From an uncultured Actinomycetota bacterium (lineage in GTDB: Bacteria; Actinomycetota; Actinomycetes; CAVPEL01): a stretch of DNA of 64,000 nucleotides. The position numbers were made by a program, and so were the translations under genes. The notes under the pieces are model-generated. The model saw only the letters and a list, made by a program, of their open reading frames with translations, did no database searches and was not told the DNA's origin. This document shows, piece after piece, positions 51,671-64,000 of this stretch; the stretch's first letter is position 1, and every line of letters begins with the position of its first letter. The stretch covers positions 9,216 to 73,215 of the forward strand of contig CAVPEL010000004.1 of assembly GCA_963703505.1 (NCBI GenBank), given 5' to 3'.

Positions 51671-52807
51671 TCACAGTGCGCAGACGACGGCCGCCCAGGT
51701 CTGCGGCCGGGCGCCGCGCCCCGCGCCCGTCTCGGGATTCCAGTATTCCGAGAAGCCGTTCGTCAGGCACGCCTGCCGAGCCGCCGTGGACAACCGATCG
51801 GCAATCTCGGTCCTTCCCCACCGGCGTGCTGCCAACACCGCGAGGTAAGCCAACTGCGGCCAGGCCGGGCCCCGCCAGTAGGCGTCCGGGTCGTAGGTGG
51901 GGTGCGTGCGGGCGACATAGGTCGGCCCGAACGGCGCTCCGAAACGCTCCGGGTCGACCAGCTGCTCCAAGGCTCGGGCGGCCTTGCGCGGATCCGGTGT
52001 GCACAGAGCCGGCAGGACACCGTCCACGGTCGGCATGTGCACGCTCGGCCCGCCTCCGGTGACGGCCACGTCCGACCACAACCCCTCGGACTCGCACCAC
52101 GAGCCGTCGATGGCCTCCGCCAGCTCCGCTGCCTTGCGCATCCACCTCTCCTCGCCGAGCAGCTGGCCGAGCGCCTCGGCGCCGTGCGCGCTGATCGCGT
52201 TGAACGCCGCCGGCGCCGCGACGAACTCAGGGCTCCCGACAGCCTCGCCGAACTCGCCGAAGACTGTCGAGCGCAGCAACCGACGGTCGAAGCGGGTCCA
52301 TCGACGCCGGTTCCACGCCGACTCCCCCACCCAGCCGTCCCAGCGGGGCGAGTCGTCAGCACCGGACTCCCACGGGTGGACGACGACCAGGAGCCCGTCT
52401 CGCAACCGATCCCGCCACAGAGCCTCCATCCCGCGCACCGCCCGGCTCACCAGAGCATGGTCGGCCGGCATCCCGACCTGGGCCGCGACACTCAGCGCAT
52501 GGGCGTACACCGGCGGCTGGGTGAAGGAGGAAACGTCAGCCAGCGGACCCCGACGATAGGTACGACCCCGGTAGCGCATGTGCGGCACGAAGCCGTTGTT
52601 CAGCTGGCCGGCGAAGACCGCCTGGAGCTCGCGCAGCCCGCGTGGATCCCGCAGCGAGAGCCAGGCGATCGCGTGGAAGCAGGAGTCCCACATCCACAGG
52701 TGGGGGTAGGTGCGACGGTTCGGCACGCAGTAGCCGCCCGCGTCGTCCCACGCCGCCTCGAGCACGCCCCGCGCCCGCCCCCTGACCGGCTGGACCGACG
52801 CACCCAT
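51671..52807 (-). CDS. MGH1/GH63-like glycoside hydrolase (glucosylglycerate/mannosylglycerate hydrolase-like)
   Basis: (alpha/alpha)6-barrel motifs: HLWMWDSCFHAIAW, VVHPWESGADDSPRWD, YWRGPAWPQLAYL. Confidence 0.65.
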   Translation of the reverse strand: MGASVQPVRGRARGVLEAAWDDAGGYCVPNRRTYPHLWMWDSCFHAIAWLSLRDPRGLRELQAVFAGQLNNGFVPHMRYRGRTYRRGPLADVSSFTQPPVYAHALSVAAQVGMPADHALVSRAVRGMEALWRDRLRDGLLVVVHPWESGADDSPRWDGWVGESAWNRRRWTRFDRRLLRSTVFGEFGEAVGSPEFVAAPAAFNAISAHGAEALGQLLGEERWMRKAAELAEAIDGSWCESEGLWSDVAVTGGGPSVHMPTVDGVLPALCTPDPRKAARALEQLVDPERFGAPFGPTYVARTHPTYDPDAYWRGPAWPQLAYLAVLAARRWGRTEIADRLSTAARQACLTNGFSEYWNPETGAGRGARPQTWAAVVCAL

Positions 52808-52952
52808 GCCCTCACGTTCGCACGCGTCGAACCCTCACGACGACCGTCGTCGTCCTCTTCGCGTCAGCGGCCGATGCTGCGGGAACACCTTCCCCGACGC
52901 GCGGGGCGTGGCCCACCTGGGAGCGACGCGTGTCGACGACACGGAGCATTCG

Positions 52953-53654
52953 ATGGTGCGCACGGTATCCCGGGCACGTCCCGCTGCCCGCCATCCGGCC
53001 GGATGGCGGGCAGCCGCCCACCTGTGGTGGGTGAACCTGCACCGCTTGCGCGTCGCGCCCGCGTACGCGGCGCTGGTGTACGGCATCGCGCTGTGGCTGC
53101 ACGAGCTCAGCCCGGCCGACCGCCACCGCGTGATCTTCCACGCCTCGACCAACGCCTACAACCTCTCGCACGGCCGCTGGTGGGTGCTGTTGACCAGCTG
53201 CGTCGTCTCGCCCCGACCCCTCATCAGCTGGCTGGCCGCGGAGATGTTCCTGCTGGGCCTGGCCGAGCTCCTGTGGGGCCAGCTGCGCGCCATCGGCGTG
53301 TTCCTCGCCGGCAACGTCCTCGCCAGCCTGATCGTCTACGTGATGGTGAGGACAGCGATCGACAACGACATCGTCCCCCTCAAGGTCGCCTTCGCACCCG
53401 ATGTCGGCAGCAGCTACGGCATGGCCGCCACCCTCGGCGCGCTCGTCACCTACATCCCGGGTCGGGTACGCACCGTGGCGATCTGGCTTCTGCTCGGGCT
53501 CGGGGCCGGGGCCGCCGCCATCGACCAGACCTTCACGGACGTCGGGCACGCCGCGTCGCTGGTCATCGGGGTGATTGCCGGACTGGCCCTGCGCCGGTGG
53601 CACCCGACCTCGGCAACCCCGACCACGACGCCGGGGCTCATTCGCGCCAGATGA
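52953..53654 (+). CDS. rhomboid-like intramembrane protein
   Basis: A 6-TM protein with a serine motif region (DVGSSYGMAATLGAL) and a His motif (VGHAASLVIGVIAGL). The start is uncertain; the ORF opens at 52806. Confidence 0.45.
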   Translation: MVRTVSRARPAARHPAGWRAAAHLWWVNLHRLRVAPAYAALVYGIALWLHELSPADRHRVIFHASTNAYNLSHGRWWVLLTSCVVSPRPLISWLAAEMFLLGLAELLWGQLRAIGVFLAGNVLASLIVYVMVRTAIDNDIVPLKVAFAPDVGSSYGMAATLGALVTYIPGRVRTVAIWLLLGLGAGAAAIDQTFTDVGHAASLVIGVIAGLALRRWHPTSATPTTTPGLIRAR

Positions 53655-54753
53655 GGAGCAGGGCCCGGTCGTCATTGGCGGTCGGCGCGACCGCATCGAT
53701 CAGCTTGCGCGCCCCGTGCCGAAAGCCCAGGGTGACCAGGCGCTCCGCCTCACCGAGCAGCTTGTCGATGCCGACATCGAGATCCCGCCCAGGGACCTCG
53801 ACCAGCCCGTCGGTGTAGAGCAGGAGCGCGTCACCGGGCTCCAACACACCGCGGGTGCCCACGTACTTCTGCTCGGGGTACAGCCCGAGCGCCATACCGA
53901 CCGGCTCGGCCAGGCTCCAGATGCCGCTGCCCGCCGCGAACTGGGCGACTGGCAGATGACCGGCCGACTGCACGACGAACCTCCCGCTGGCCAGCTCGAT
54001 CGACAGGTGGACCGCTGTGGCGAAGCCGTCGCCCCATTCCTGGCGGAGCAGGTACTCGTTCGCCGCCGGAAGGAACTCGTCGGGCGGTACCGCACCGAGC
54101 AGCCCGCCGAGCGCCCCTGACAGCAGCAGCGCGCGGGTACCGGCATCGATCCCTCGTCCCGAAACGTCGACCAGCGCCACCTCGACCAGGGTGTCCTCGA
54201 GCGTTCTCGCCGCGACCAGGAAGTCGCCGCCGAACGAAGCACCGCCGGCGGAGCGCAGCACGACCTCGGCCTGCCACCCGGGCGGCAGCACCGGCATCTC
54301 ACCCTGGGCCCGGAGCCGGTCTCGCAGGTCGACCAGCATCTCCTCACCCCGGAGGCCCTGCACGCCGATCCGCTGACGGATCCGCGCTAGCCAGTCCGCG
54401 AACAGGCAGGTCACCACGATCACACCGATGTACCCGGGCTGGATCGCGACGTTGCCCGGCCAGGCCGTCTCGTAGGCCACGGCCAGCGCGACCGCGCCGA
54501 TCAGCACCCGAAGGCTGCGTACCGTGAGCAGCATCGCACCGGCGAGCATCGGAAGGATCAAGGCGCCCGGCGGCAGGACGTCCGTCCCCACGATGAGGCT
54601 CAGGACCGCCATCACCGCAACGAGCAGGACTAGCAGCCCGCACACGACCGGGTCGGTCGAGAACATGCCTGAACGCGGCCGGGCGGCCGAACGCAGCCGG
54701 ACCGCACCTGGCCGCAGGCCCACTGGCATGTCGAGCTCCGAAGGGGTTGCCAT
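53638..54753 (-). CDS. PP2C/SpoIIE-family protein serine/threonine phosphatase with N-terminal TM region
   Basis: N-terminal TM helices are followed by a PP2C catalytic domain (GGDFL...VDVSGRGIDAGT...LLLYTDGLVE). Confidence 0.75.
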   Translation of the reverse strand: MATPSELDMPVGLRPGAVRLRSAARPRSGMFSTDPVVCGLLVLLVAVMAVLSLIVGTDVLPPGALILPMLAGAMLLTVRSLRVLIGAVALAVAYETAWPGNVAIQPGYIGVIVVTCLFADWLARIRQRIGVQGLRGEEMLVDLRDRLRAQGEMPVLPPGWQAEVVLRSAGGASFGGDFLVAARTLEDTLVEVALVDVSGRGIDAGTRALLLSGALGGLLGAVPPDEFLPAANEYLLRQEWGDGFATAVHLSIELASGRFVVQSAGHLPVAQFAAGSGIWSLAEPVGMALGLYPEQKYVGTRGVLEPGDALLLYTDGLVEVPGRDLDVGIDKLLGEAERLVTLGFRHGARKLIDAVAPTANDDRALLLIWRE

Positions 54754-54881
54754 TGTTCGGGCAGCGTAACGACCAAACTGTCAACGCACGACCATCCGCG
54801 CGGGTGATCGCGGGCGGCAACCAGGTGGCCAGTGCTCAAACTCGGTGGTGAGCCGCGGCGCGCGCTGGTAGGACTAGGGCC

Positions 54882-56111
54882 ATGCGGTCACCGGTCGAGA
54901 TTCGCCAGGCGAGCACGGACGACATGCCCGCCCTGCATGCCGTCGACGAGATCGCCTTCCACTACGTCGCCCACCCCAGCGAGGTCGAGCTTGCCGAGCG
55001 GCTGCTCGAGGTCGACCGGATGCTCGGTGCGTTCGAAGGCCCGACGGCCGTCGGCCTCGCCAGCACGTACTCGCTGACGATGACCGTGCCCGGGGGTTCG
55101 CTCCCGGTCGCCGGTGTGACGTGGGTAGGGGTACTCCCGACGCACCGCCGCCGCGGCATCCTCACCGCGCTGATGACGCATCAGCTCACGAGCTACCACG
55201 ATGAGGGGCGTGAGGCGGTGGCGGCGCTCTGGGCCTCCGAACCCGCCATCTATCCCCGGTTTGGCTACGGCTGCGGCACCCAGCGCATCGAGCTGGTGAT
55301 CCCCCGTGCCGGCAACGCGTTCGGGCGTCCATCGGCTGGCACGGCCGAGGCCGGCTTGTGGCTGCAGGTCATCAAGCCCCACGAGGCGATGGAGCACCTG
55401 CGGGCGGCGTACGACGCGTCGGCCGGCGCACGGCCCGGATGGGTCGCACGAACCGAGGCCGGCTGGGCCGCGGCCCTCTTCGACCCCGAGCACCGCCGAG
55501 GGGGTGGGACGGCCCTCCTGGGCGTGCTCGCTCGGGACGCAGACGGGGTGCGCGGCTACGCCCTCTACTCGGTGACGGACGCCTCCGGTGACAGCGAGCT
55601 GAAAGTCCGTGACGTGGTCGCCACCGACCCCACCGCCTACGCCGCGCTGTGGCGGTACCTGCTCGACATCGACCTTGTCGCCTCGGTTCGCGTGGCGGGC
55701 CGACCACCCGACGATCCGCTGCTGCATCTGCTCGCGGACACCCGCTCGGCTCGGGTGGGCCTCAAGGACGGGCTGTGGGTGCGGCTGGTCGACGTGGACC
55801 GGGCTCTGGCCGCCAGGACGTACGCCCGCGAGGTCGATGTCGTCGTGGAGGTGGCCGACGACCTGTGCCCGTGGAACGCGGGGCGTTGGCGACTCGCGGG
55901 CGGCCCCGCGGGGGCGAGCGTCGAGCGGACGTCCGCGCCGGTCGACCTGCGGCTCACCGCCGCGGAGCTCGGCGCCGCCTACCTCGGCGGCACGCACCTG
56001 TCCGCGCTCGCTGCCGCCGGGCGGGTCGACGAGCACCGGCCGGGTGCGGTGCTGGCACTGTCGACGGCGATGGCCAGCGACCTGGCGCCCTGGTGCACGG
56101 TGCAGTTCTGA
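54882..56111 (+). CDS. Eis-like GNAT family N-acetyltransferase
   Basis: A ~409 aa three-domain architecture: an N-terminal GNAT (IRQASTDDMPALHAVDEIAF...VGVLPTHRRRGILTALM), a second GNAT-like domain, and a C-terminal SCP2-like domain. Confidence 0.75.
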   Translation: MRSPVEIRQASTDDMPALHAVDEIAFHYVAHPSEVELAERLLEVDRMLGAFEGPTAVGLASTYSLTMTVPGGSLPVAGVTWVGVLPTHRRRGILTALMTHQLTSYHDEGREAVAALWASEPAIYPRFGYGCGTQRIELVIPRAGNAFGRPSAGTAEAGLWLQVIKPHEAMEHLRAAYDASAGARPGWVARTEAGWAAALFDPEHRRGGGTALLGVLARDADGVRGYALYSVTDASGDSELKVRDVVATDPTAYAALWRYLLDIDLVASVRVAGRPPDDPLLHLLADTRSARVGLKDGLWVRLVDVDRALAARTYAREVDVVVEVADDLCPWNAGRWRLAGGPAGASVERTSAPVDLRLTAAELGAAYLGGTHLSALAAAGRVDEHRPGAVLALSTAMASDLAPWCTVQF

Positions 56112-56319
56112 TTCGCGTGGCCAGCGAACTGGTCTAGCCTGCACCCATGACAGTCCGACCAGCACGTGGCGATGACGGCGGCGGTGCGTTGCGCAACCTG
56201 GTGGGCTCGGGGTCTTCCCAGGTGGGAACCGACGGGTCGATGCGCGCTCGCGACATCTCGCGGCCTCGCGCCGGCGACTACGCCCGGGCATCGGCGGCGC
56301 CACCGCCGTTGGCCCGGCC

Positions 56320-56805
56320 TCAGAACCCTTCGACGGCCTCGGGCAGTGCCGGAAGCTCGCCGCGCTCCTCGTAAGCACTGAGCATCGCGATCCGACGGCT
56401 GTGTCGCGCTTCACCGGAATAGGGCGTCGTGAGGAACGCCTCGACGAACCGTGTCGCCTCGCCGACCGAATGCATCCGGGCGCCGAGGCTCACCACATTG
56501 GCGTCGTTGTGCTCGCGGGCCAGCTGGGCGGTCTCCTCGCTCCAGGCCAGGGCAGCACGCACGCCCTTCACCTTGTTCGCGGCGATCTGCTCGCCGTTGC
56601 CCGACCCGCCCAGCACGATGCCGAGCGAGTCCGGGTCGGCCGCCGTGCGCAGGGCCGCCCGCAGGACGAACGGCGGGTAGTCGTCGACCGGATCCAGCTC
56701 GAACGGACCGCAGTCCACGGCCTCGTGACCCTGCTCCCCCAACCAGGTGATGAGGTGAGCCTTCAACTCGAAGCCGGCATGGTCGGAGCCCAGGTAGACG
56801 CGCAT
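56320..56805 (-). CDS. rpiB: ribose-5-phosphate isomerase B
   Basis: MRVYLGSDHAGFELK...DCG...GIVLGGSGNGEQIAANKVKGVRAAL is a strong RpiB/LacAB match. Confidence 0.8.
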   Translation of the reverse strand: MRVYLGSDHAGFELKAHLITWLGEQGHEAVDCGPFELDPVDDYPPFVLRAALRTAADPDSLGIVLGGSGNGEQIAANKVKGVRAALAWSEETAQLAREHNDANVVSLGARMHSVGEATRFVEAFLTTPYSGEARHSRRIAMLSAYEERGELPALPEAVEGF

Positions 56806-57072
56806 GCCCGGGAGTCTGCCAGACCCTCGACCGCCACGGAGGGGTGCCCGGGTGATGACCCGGGCAGCTGCTTCAGGCGATGAGTACGGTCCGGGCACCG
56901 GGATCATCGCAGGGCCCCGAGCGAACCGCCGAGTGATCACACAAAACGGCACTTCACGTACGCCCCGATCGGCGAGAAGATCTGAACCCGAGGCGGCGCG
57001 CGCTGAGACCCGGCAGATGTCAGCTCAGCGAGGCAGACCTGCGGTGACGACCCACAGGAAGGCGGTCGTGAA

Positions 57073-57678
57073 ATGAGCGGCAAGGTAGTCGTGAACAGGT
57101 GTATGTCGCTTGACGGCTTCATCGCGGGTCCCGGCCACTCGATGGACTGGGGCGGTGGTCGCGCTCTCGCCGACTTCGTGGCACCGGACGATTTCGCGGA
57201 GATCGCCGCGGCCACCGGCGCCATGCTCGTCGGCCGGCGGACCTGGGAGGTGGGCGCCCGGATGGAGGCCGAGGAGCCGGGCAGCGCCGACTACCCCTTC
57301 TCCGGACCGATGTTCCTCCTCACCCATCGGCCGCTGGAGCCGCCGAACCCGAAGGTCACGATCCTCTCCGGCGACATCGGCGAAGCGGTCGCCACGGCAC
57401 TGGACGCTGCGGGCGGCAAGAACCTCGAAATCCTCGGCGCCGACGTGGCCGGCCAGTGCCTGCAGCGGGGGCTCGTCGACGAGATCCTGGTGTATGTACT
57501 GCCGGTGCTGCTCGGCGACGGCATCCGCTTCTCGTCCCCGGGCCTTGCGAGGACAGACCTGGAACCGGTCAGCAGCACGCGGTCGGGCGACGCCACCATC
57601 CTCCGCTTCCGCGTCCGCAAGCAGTCCGACCAGACCGTCGAACACGACCGCCATAGCGCTACCGAGGAAGAAGCATGA
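57073..57678 (+). CDS. dihydrofolate reductase family protein (RibD C-terminal domain)
   Basis: VNRCMSLDGFIAGPGHSMDW...MLVGRRTWE...ILGADVAGQCLQRGLVDEILVYVLPVLLGDGIRF. Confidence 0.75.
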   Translation: MSGKVVVNRCMSLDGFIAGPGHSMDWGGGRALADFVAPDDFAEIAAATGAMLVGRRTWEVGARMEAEEPGSADYPFSGPMFLLTHRPLEPPNPKVTILSGDIGEAVATALDAAGGKNLEILGADVAGQCLQRGLVDEILVYVLPVLLGDGIRFSSPGLARTDLEPVSSTRSGDATILRFRVRKQSDQTVEHDRHSATEEEA

Positions 57679-58109
57679 GAACGGTGCGTAATGTGATCGT
57701 GTTCGACGCGGCCGACTTGCACGCCGAGAGCGCCTTCTGGGCCGGCATTCTCGGTGGCCACGTTTTCGAGGACGACACCTGGCACAGCGTCATCGACGCC
57801 AACGGGGAATGGCGGATCGGCGTGCAGCTTGCGCCGAACCACGTGCCGCCGGACTGGCCGTACGGCAACCCGCAGCAGGTGCACCTCGACCTTCACGTCG
57901 AGGAACCGCGCTCTGCGCACAACGAAGCGATCGCCCTCGGTGCCAAGCTGCTCCAATCAGCCCCTGATCTGGGCAGCGACGAGGGCCATCAGGTCTACGC
58001 CGACCCGGCCGGGCACCCGTTCTGCATCGGCTGGGGTCACCCTTCGCGTGAGCAGCTCGCCGCGTTCGTCGCCAAGCGGTTGGGAGCAGGCAAGGACCAG
58101 AGCGCGTAG
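57675..58109 (+). CDS. VOC (glyoxalase-like) family protein
   Basis: A glyoxalase fold ending ...QVYADPAGHPFCI. It overlaps the upstream gene by 4 nt. Confidence 0.65.
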   Translation: MRTVRNVIVFDAADLHAESAFWAGILGGHVFEDDTWHSVIDANGEWRIGVQLAPNHVPPDWPYGNPQQVHLDLHVEEPRSAHNEAIALGAKLLQSAPDLGSDEGHQVYADPAGHPFCIGWGHPSREQLAAFVAKRLGAGKDQSA

Positions 58110-58154
58110 TGACGGGCCGACTTCTATCCCCACCAACTCATCTTGCTGCCGAAC

Positions 58155-58773
58155 TCAGCTGAAGATGGGTTCGCGGTCCCGGGTGCGCTTGAGCTCGAAG
58201 AAGCCGTCGGTGCCGGCGACGAGCACGACACCGTCCCACAGCTTGCCGGCCGCCTCGCCGCGCGGGGTCGGCGAGACCACCGGCCCGAAGAACGCCACGC
58301 CGTCGACTGCGATCACCGGGGTGCCGACATCCATGCCGACCCGGCTGATCCCGTCGTCGTGCGACGCGCGCAGCGCCTCGTCGAAGTCGGCGGAGTCAGC
58401 GGCGTCGGCCAGCCGGGTCGGCAGCCCGACCTCCTCGAGCGCCTCCAGCCAGGTGGCCCGCTCGTTGGGCAGCTTCTCGTGGTGGAACCGGGTGCCGAGC
58501 GCGGTGTAGAGCGGCAGCAGCACCTCGTCGCCGAACTCCTGCTGGGCGGCGATCAGCACCCGCACCGGCCCCCACGCCTGCTCAAGGATCGAGCGGTACT
58601 CCTCGGGCAGCTCGCGACCCTCGTTCAGCACGGCGAGGCTCATCACGTGCCAGCTGCACCTGCACCGGCCGCACCTGCTCCACCTCGAGCATCCACCGCG
58701 AGGTCATCCACGCCCACGGGCACAGGGGGTCGAACCAGAAGTCCACAGGGGTCCGGCGCACAGTCACAGTCAT
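58155..58773 (-). CDS. DsbA-like thioredoxin-fold protein, Rv2466c-like (one frameshift near 58650)
   Basis: An N-terminal CPWA active site ([25 protein letters not shown]) in one frame. [17 protein letters not shown]...[31 protein letters not shown] in the next frame aligns to mycobacterial Rv2466c. Confidence 0.75.
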
Positions 58774-58897
58774 CCTTCCGAGCGGTGAAATGTTCTTGCA
58801 CGTTCAACAACTCGGACGGGTCGGATCACTTCCCCGGAACGCGAAGAATGCTTCGTGGGAGACTGACGAGGACCCCCAGAACACGAGGAGCGAGACC

Positions 58898-61467
<2,570 letters not shown>

Positions 61468-61507
61468 CCTTTGGCCTGCGAAGATGCCGGCGGGGTTGTG
61501 ACGTCGT

Positions 61508-62258
61508 TCAGTCAGCGTGTTCGACGTGCAGCGTCCGCGGCCGGGTGCCAGCCTGAGCCAACATCCGCAAGCCGTCGGTCAGGCCGCCCGTCAGGTCGCC
61601 CACAGCGAACGACGTACTCATCGAGATCGCCGCGAGCGCACACGCCCGATCGTCGATCCGGTTGTGGGCCTCGGCGCCGGTGACGATCTCCACCTGGCGC
61701 GCGGCCGGGTCGACGAAGACGAGCACGCCCACCTTGGCGTCCGCACCCAGAGCGGCGAGCAGCCGCCCGGCGAAGACCCGTGGCGCAGTGTCAGCCGCGC
61801 CGACGACGACCGAGAACTGCAGGTCGGTCGCCTCGTGGGCCTGGCGCACGATGCGCGCGATCATCTCGACCTGATGGTCGCTGAAAGCGTCACCAGCTTG
61901 CACTTGCCCCACCTCCAACGACGGACTTGGCCGCATCGGTGTCAACAGCGGCGAGGGCGGCCGTCGGCTCGTCCGGGCCGGAGAACCACACCGGCTGGGC
62001 CGTCCACGCGCGGCCCGGACGGTAGCGCGGACCGCGCACCAACGACGGCAGCAGCACCAGGAACACGATAAGCAGATACGCCGCGAGCGGGATGCCGACG
62101 AAGATGCCGAGGGTCTGCAGGGCGGACAGTCCGCTGCCGGAGACCTCCCCGTCATCGGCGGCGAAGGCCGGCCCAGCCACCAGGATGATCGGAACCAGGG
62201 CGGCACCGACAACTGCGGTGGGCCGCACGGCCTGGCGCAGCATGCTACGAGCGGTCAC
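61508..62258 (-). CDS. DUF5130 (TPM-like) family membrane protein (one frameshift near 61900)
   Basis: An N-terminal signal/TM region plus a second TM helix (LGIFVGIPLAAYLLIVFLVLL) in one frame. The TPM-like domain (FSDHQVEMIARIVRQAHEATDLQFSVVVG) is in the other. It lies downstream of pepN, as in mycobacteria. Confidence 0.6.
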
Positions 62259-64000
62259 GGTTCCCTCGGATCGACGGTGCGTATCTCGGACAGGGCCACG
62301 GTAACGGATACAGGTTGACCCGATACCGCCCGGGCCAGCACCTGGGCGTTCGGCGAGGCCATGACGTCCTCCAGCAGCACGGAATGACCGTGGGCGTCGC
62401 CCAGCGGCAGCCGCCAGTTCGGGTATTCATCCCGGGTCCCCGGCTGGTTCTGCGGCCGCCGTTCACCGGTCACGTCCGGCAGCACCACGCCCAGCAGCAG
62501 GGCAGGGCTGGCCCGGAGAAGGCGATGCAGCGCAACGACCTGCGCGCCGACGTCGCGCTCGCCTGGCGCCAACAGGCCGAGCGCGACGAGCAGGTCGAGC
62601 CAGGCCTGTCGGTCGCGGGCGTCCACCGTCCTTTCGACGTCGACGGGGCGGGTGAGCAGACCGAGGGCAGTCCCGTAGCGCCACGTGGTCACCGGCCAGG
62701 TACCCCGCGGTCGGCGGTAGGTCGTGCGTGGTGACGCTGGCCAGGACCGCCCCGCGCCAGTACTCGGGGCGCAGCGGCTGACCCTGCGCGTCACGCTCGA
62801 ACCACAGGATCGAGGTGCCGAGGATGCCGCGCTCGTGCAGGTAGTCGTGGACCCAGGGCTCCACGGTCCCGATGTCCTCACCGATCGCCAACGCACCTGC
62901 CCGGTGCGCCTCCAACGCCAGCACCCCGATGAGCGCCTCGTGGTCGAACCGCACGTAGGTACCGGCCGCCGCCGAGGCACCCTCGGGAACCCACCACTGC
63001 CGGAACAGGCCGAGCACATGGTCCAGGCGCAGCCCTCCGGTGTGCCGGAAGGCGGACCGCACCAGGTCGCGGTACGGCACGCAGGCCGGCCTCGGCAAGC
63101 CGCGCGGGATGCCACGGAGGTTGCCCCCAGTCCTGTCCCTGCTGGTTGAACGCATCTGGTGGCGCGCCCACACCCACACCGCGTGCCAGCACGTCGCCGA
63201 GCAGCCATGCGTCGGCACCGTTGGGATCCACCCCGACGGCGAGATCGCCCACCACTCCCACCGCCATGCCCGCGTCCCGCGCCATCCGCTGCACGACCTC
63301 GAGCTGGTCGTCCACCAGCCACTGCAACCAGGCGTGGAAGTCCACCCGCTCGCGATGGGCGCCGCGAAACGCGGCGACGTCGGCCGAGTGCGCCGCTCGA
63401 AGGCCGCCCGGCCAGCCGCGCCACCGCGCGCCGTGCACCTCCACGAGCGCGCACCAGGTGGCGAAGTCGTCCACGCCCGGGCCCTGGCCCGATCCGCCAG
63501 GCGTTGAAGGCACGCGCGCGATCCGGGCTCAGGCCCGCGTCGAAGGCGCGCTGCAGCACGGCTCGCTTGCCGGCCCAGACGGCGTCGCGGTCCAGCAGGT
63601 CGTCGCTGCTCGACCTCGCCCGCAGCGGCGCGGCCACCTCCTGGACCTCGCCGGCGGGCAGCGCGGCGACCTCCGGCACGTCCTCCACCCGCAGGTACAC
63701 CGGGTTGCGGAACCGCCTGCTGGACGGGAAGTAGGGCGACGGCTGCATCGGCGCCACCGGTGAGGTGGCGTGCAGCGGGTTGACCAGGATGAAGCCGGCG
63801 CCGAGGTCCGCAGCGCTCCACCGGGCGAGGTCGGCGAGGTCGTGCAGGTCGCCCAGCCCCCACGAACCCGTCGAGCGCACCGAGTACAGCTGCGGCATGA
63901 AGCCCCACTCGCGCCGCTCGGGAAGCACCAGCCGGTCGGGGGTGAGCACCAGCGGCGCGCTCGCCCGCACCTGGTCCGCCTCGGCGTGCACGACGTGCCA
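62255..64000 (-). CDS. malQ: 4-alpha-glucanotransferase (GH77), N-terminus beyond window, at least 2 frameshifts
   Basis: GH77 motifs (YSVRSTGSWGLGDL, RFDHEALIG, ..VTTHDLPPTAGY..) are spread over two minus frames. Confidence 0.75.
   Translation of the reverse strand, partial: WHVVHAEADQVRASAPLVLTPDRLVLPERREWGFMPQLYSVRSTGSWGLGDLHDLADLARWSAADLGAGFILVNPLHATSPVAPMQPSPYFPSSRRFRNPVYLRVEDVPEVAALPAGEVQEVAAPLRARSSSDDLLDRDAVWAGKRAVLQRAFDAGLSPDRARAFNAWRIGPGPGRGRLRHLVRARGGARRAVARLAGRPSSGALGRRRRVSRRPSRAGGLPRLVAVAGGRPARGRAADGAGRGHGGGSGGRSRRRGGSQRCRRMAARRRAGTRCGCGRATRCVQPAGTGLGATSVASRAACRGRPACRTATWCGPPSGTPEGCAWTMCSACSGSGGFPRVPRRRPVPTCGSTTRRSSGCWRWRRTGQVRWRSVRTSGPWSPGSTTTCTSAASSAPRSCGSSVTRRVSRCAPSTGAGRSWPASPRTTYRRPRGTWPVTTWRYGTALGLLTRPVDVERTVDARDRQAWLDLLVALGLLAPGERDVGAQVVALHRLLRASPALLLGVVLPDVTGERRPQNQPGTRDEYPNWRLPLGDAHGHSVLLEDVMASPNAQVLARAVSGQPVSVTVALSEIRTVDPREP

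Overview
This is a high-GC (about 70-72%) actinobacterial chromosomal window, densely coding on both strands. It has mycobacteria/Corynebacteriales-like features: a FurA-type box next to furA-katA, an IdeR/DtxR-type iron box at efeUOB, a mycothiol-type maleylpyruvate isomerase family gene, and Rv2466c-like/pepN/DUF5130 synteny. Recognisable units are: an ECF sigma factor; an SPFH protein; a pirin/DOPA-dioxygenase/flavodoxin cluster; a GreA-like factor; the efeUOB iron uptake operon; catR(furA)-katA with divergent ydeP; a zinc ADH; xthA; an aldehyde dehydrogenase; hrpA; a tightly coupled NMO / DGC / tyrosine-phenol-lyase-like / Acg-nitroreductase module; the pdhABC (E1alpha-E1beta-E2) operon; an OafA-SGNH acyltransferase; an oxidative-stress island (two AhpD-like proteins, fdxA, DUF2249, OsmC) with a shared AT-rich upstream motif; a large zinc-ribbon/adenylyl-cyclase/ATPase/TPR regulator; a GH63-like hydrolase / membrane protein / ABC ATPase set; a PP2C phosphatase; an Eis-like GNAT; rpiB; pepN; and malQ (partial at the window end). 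No tRNA, rRNA, CRISPR or transposase was recognised. More than 20 clearly conserved genes are split across reading frames (roughly 45 shifts in 64 kb). Systematic indel sequencing error is the most likely cause, and coordinates and any 'pseudogene' status must be read with that in mind.
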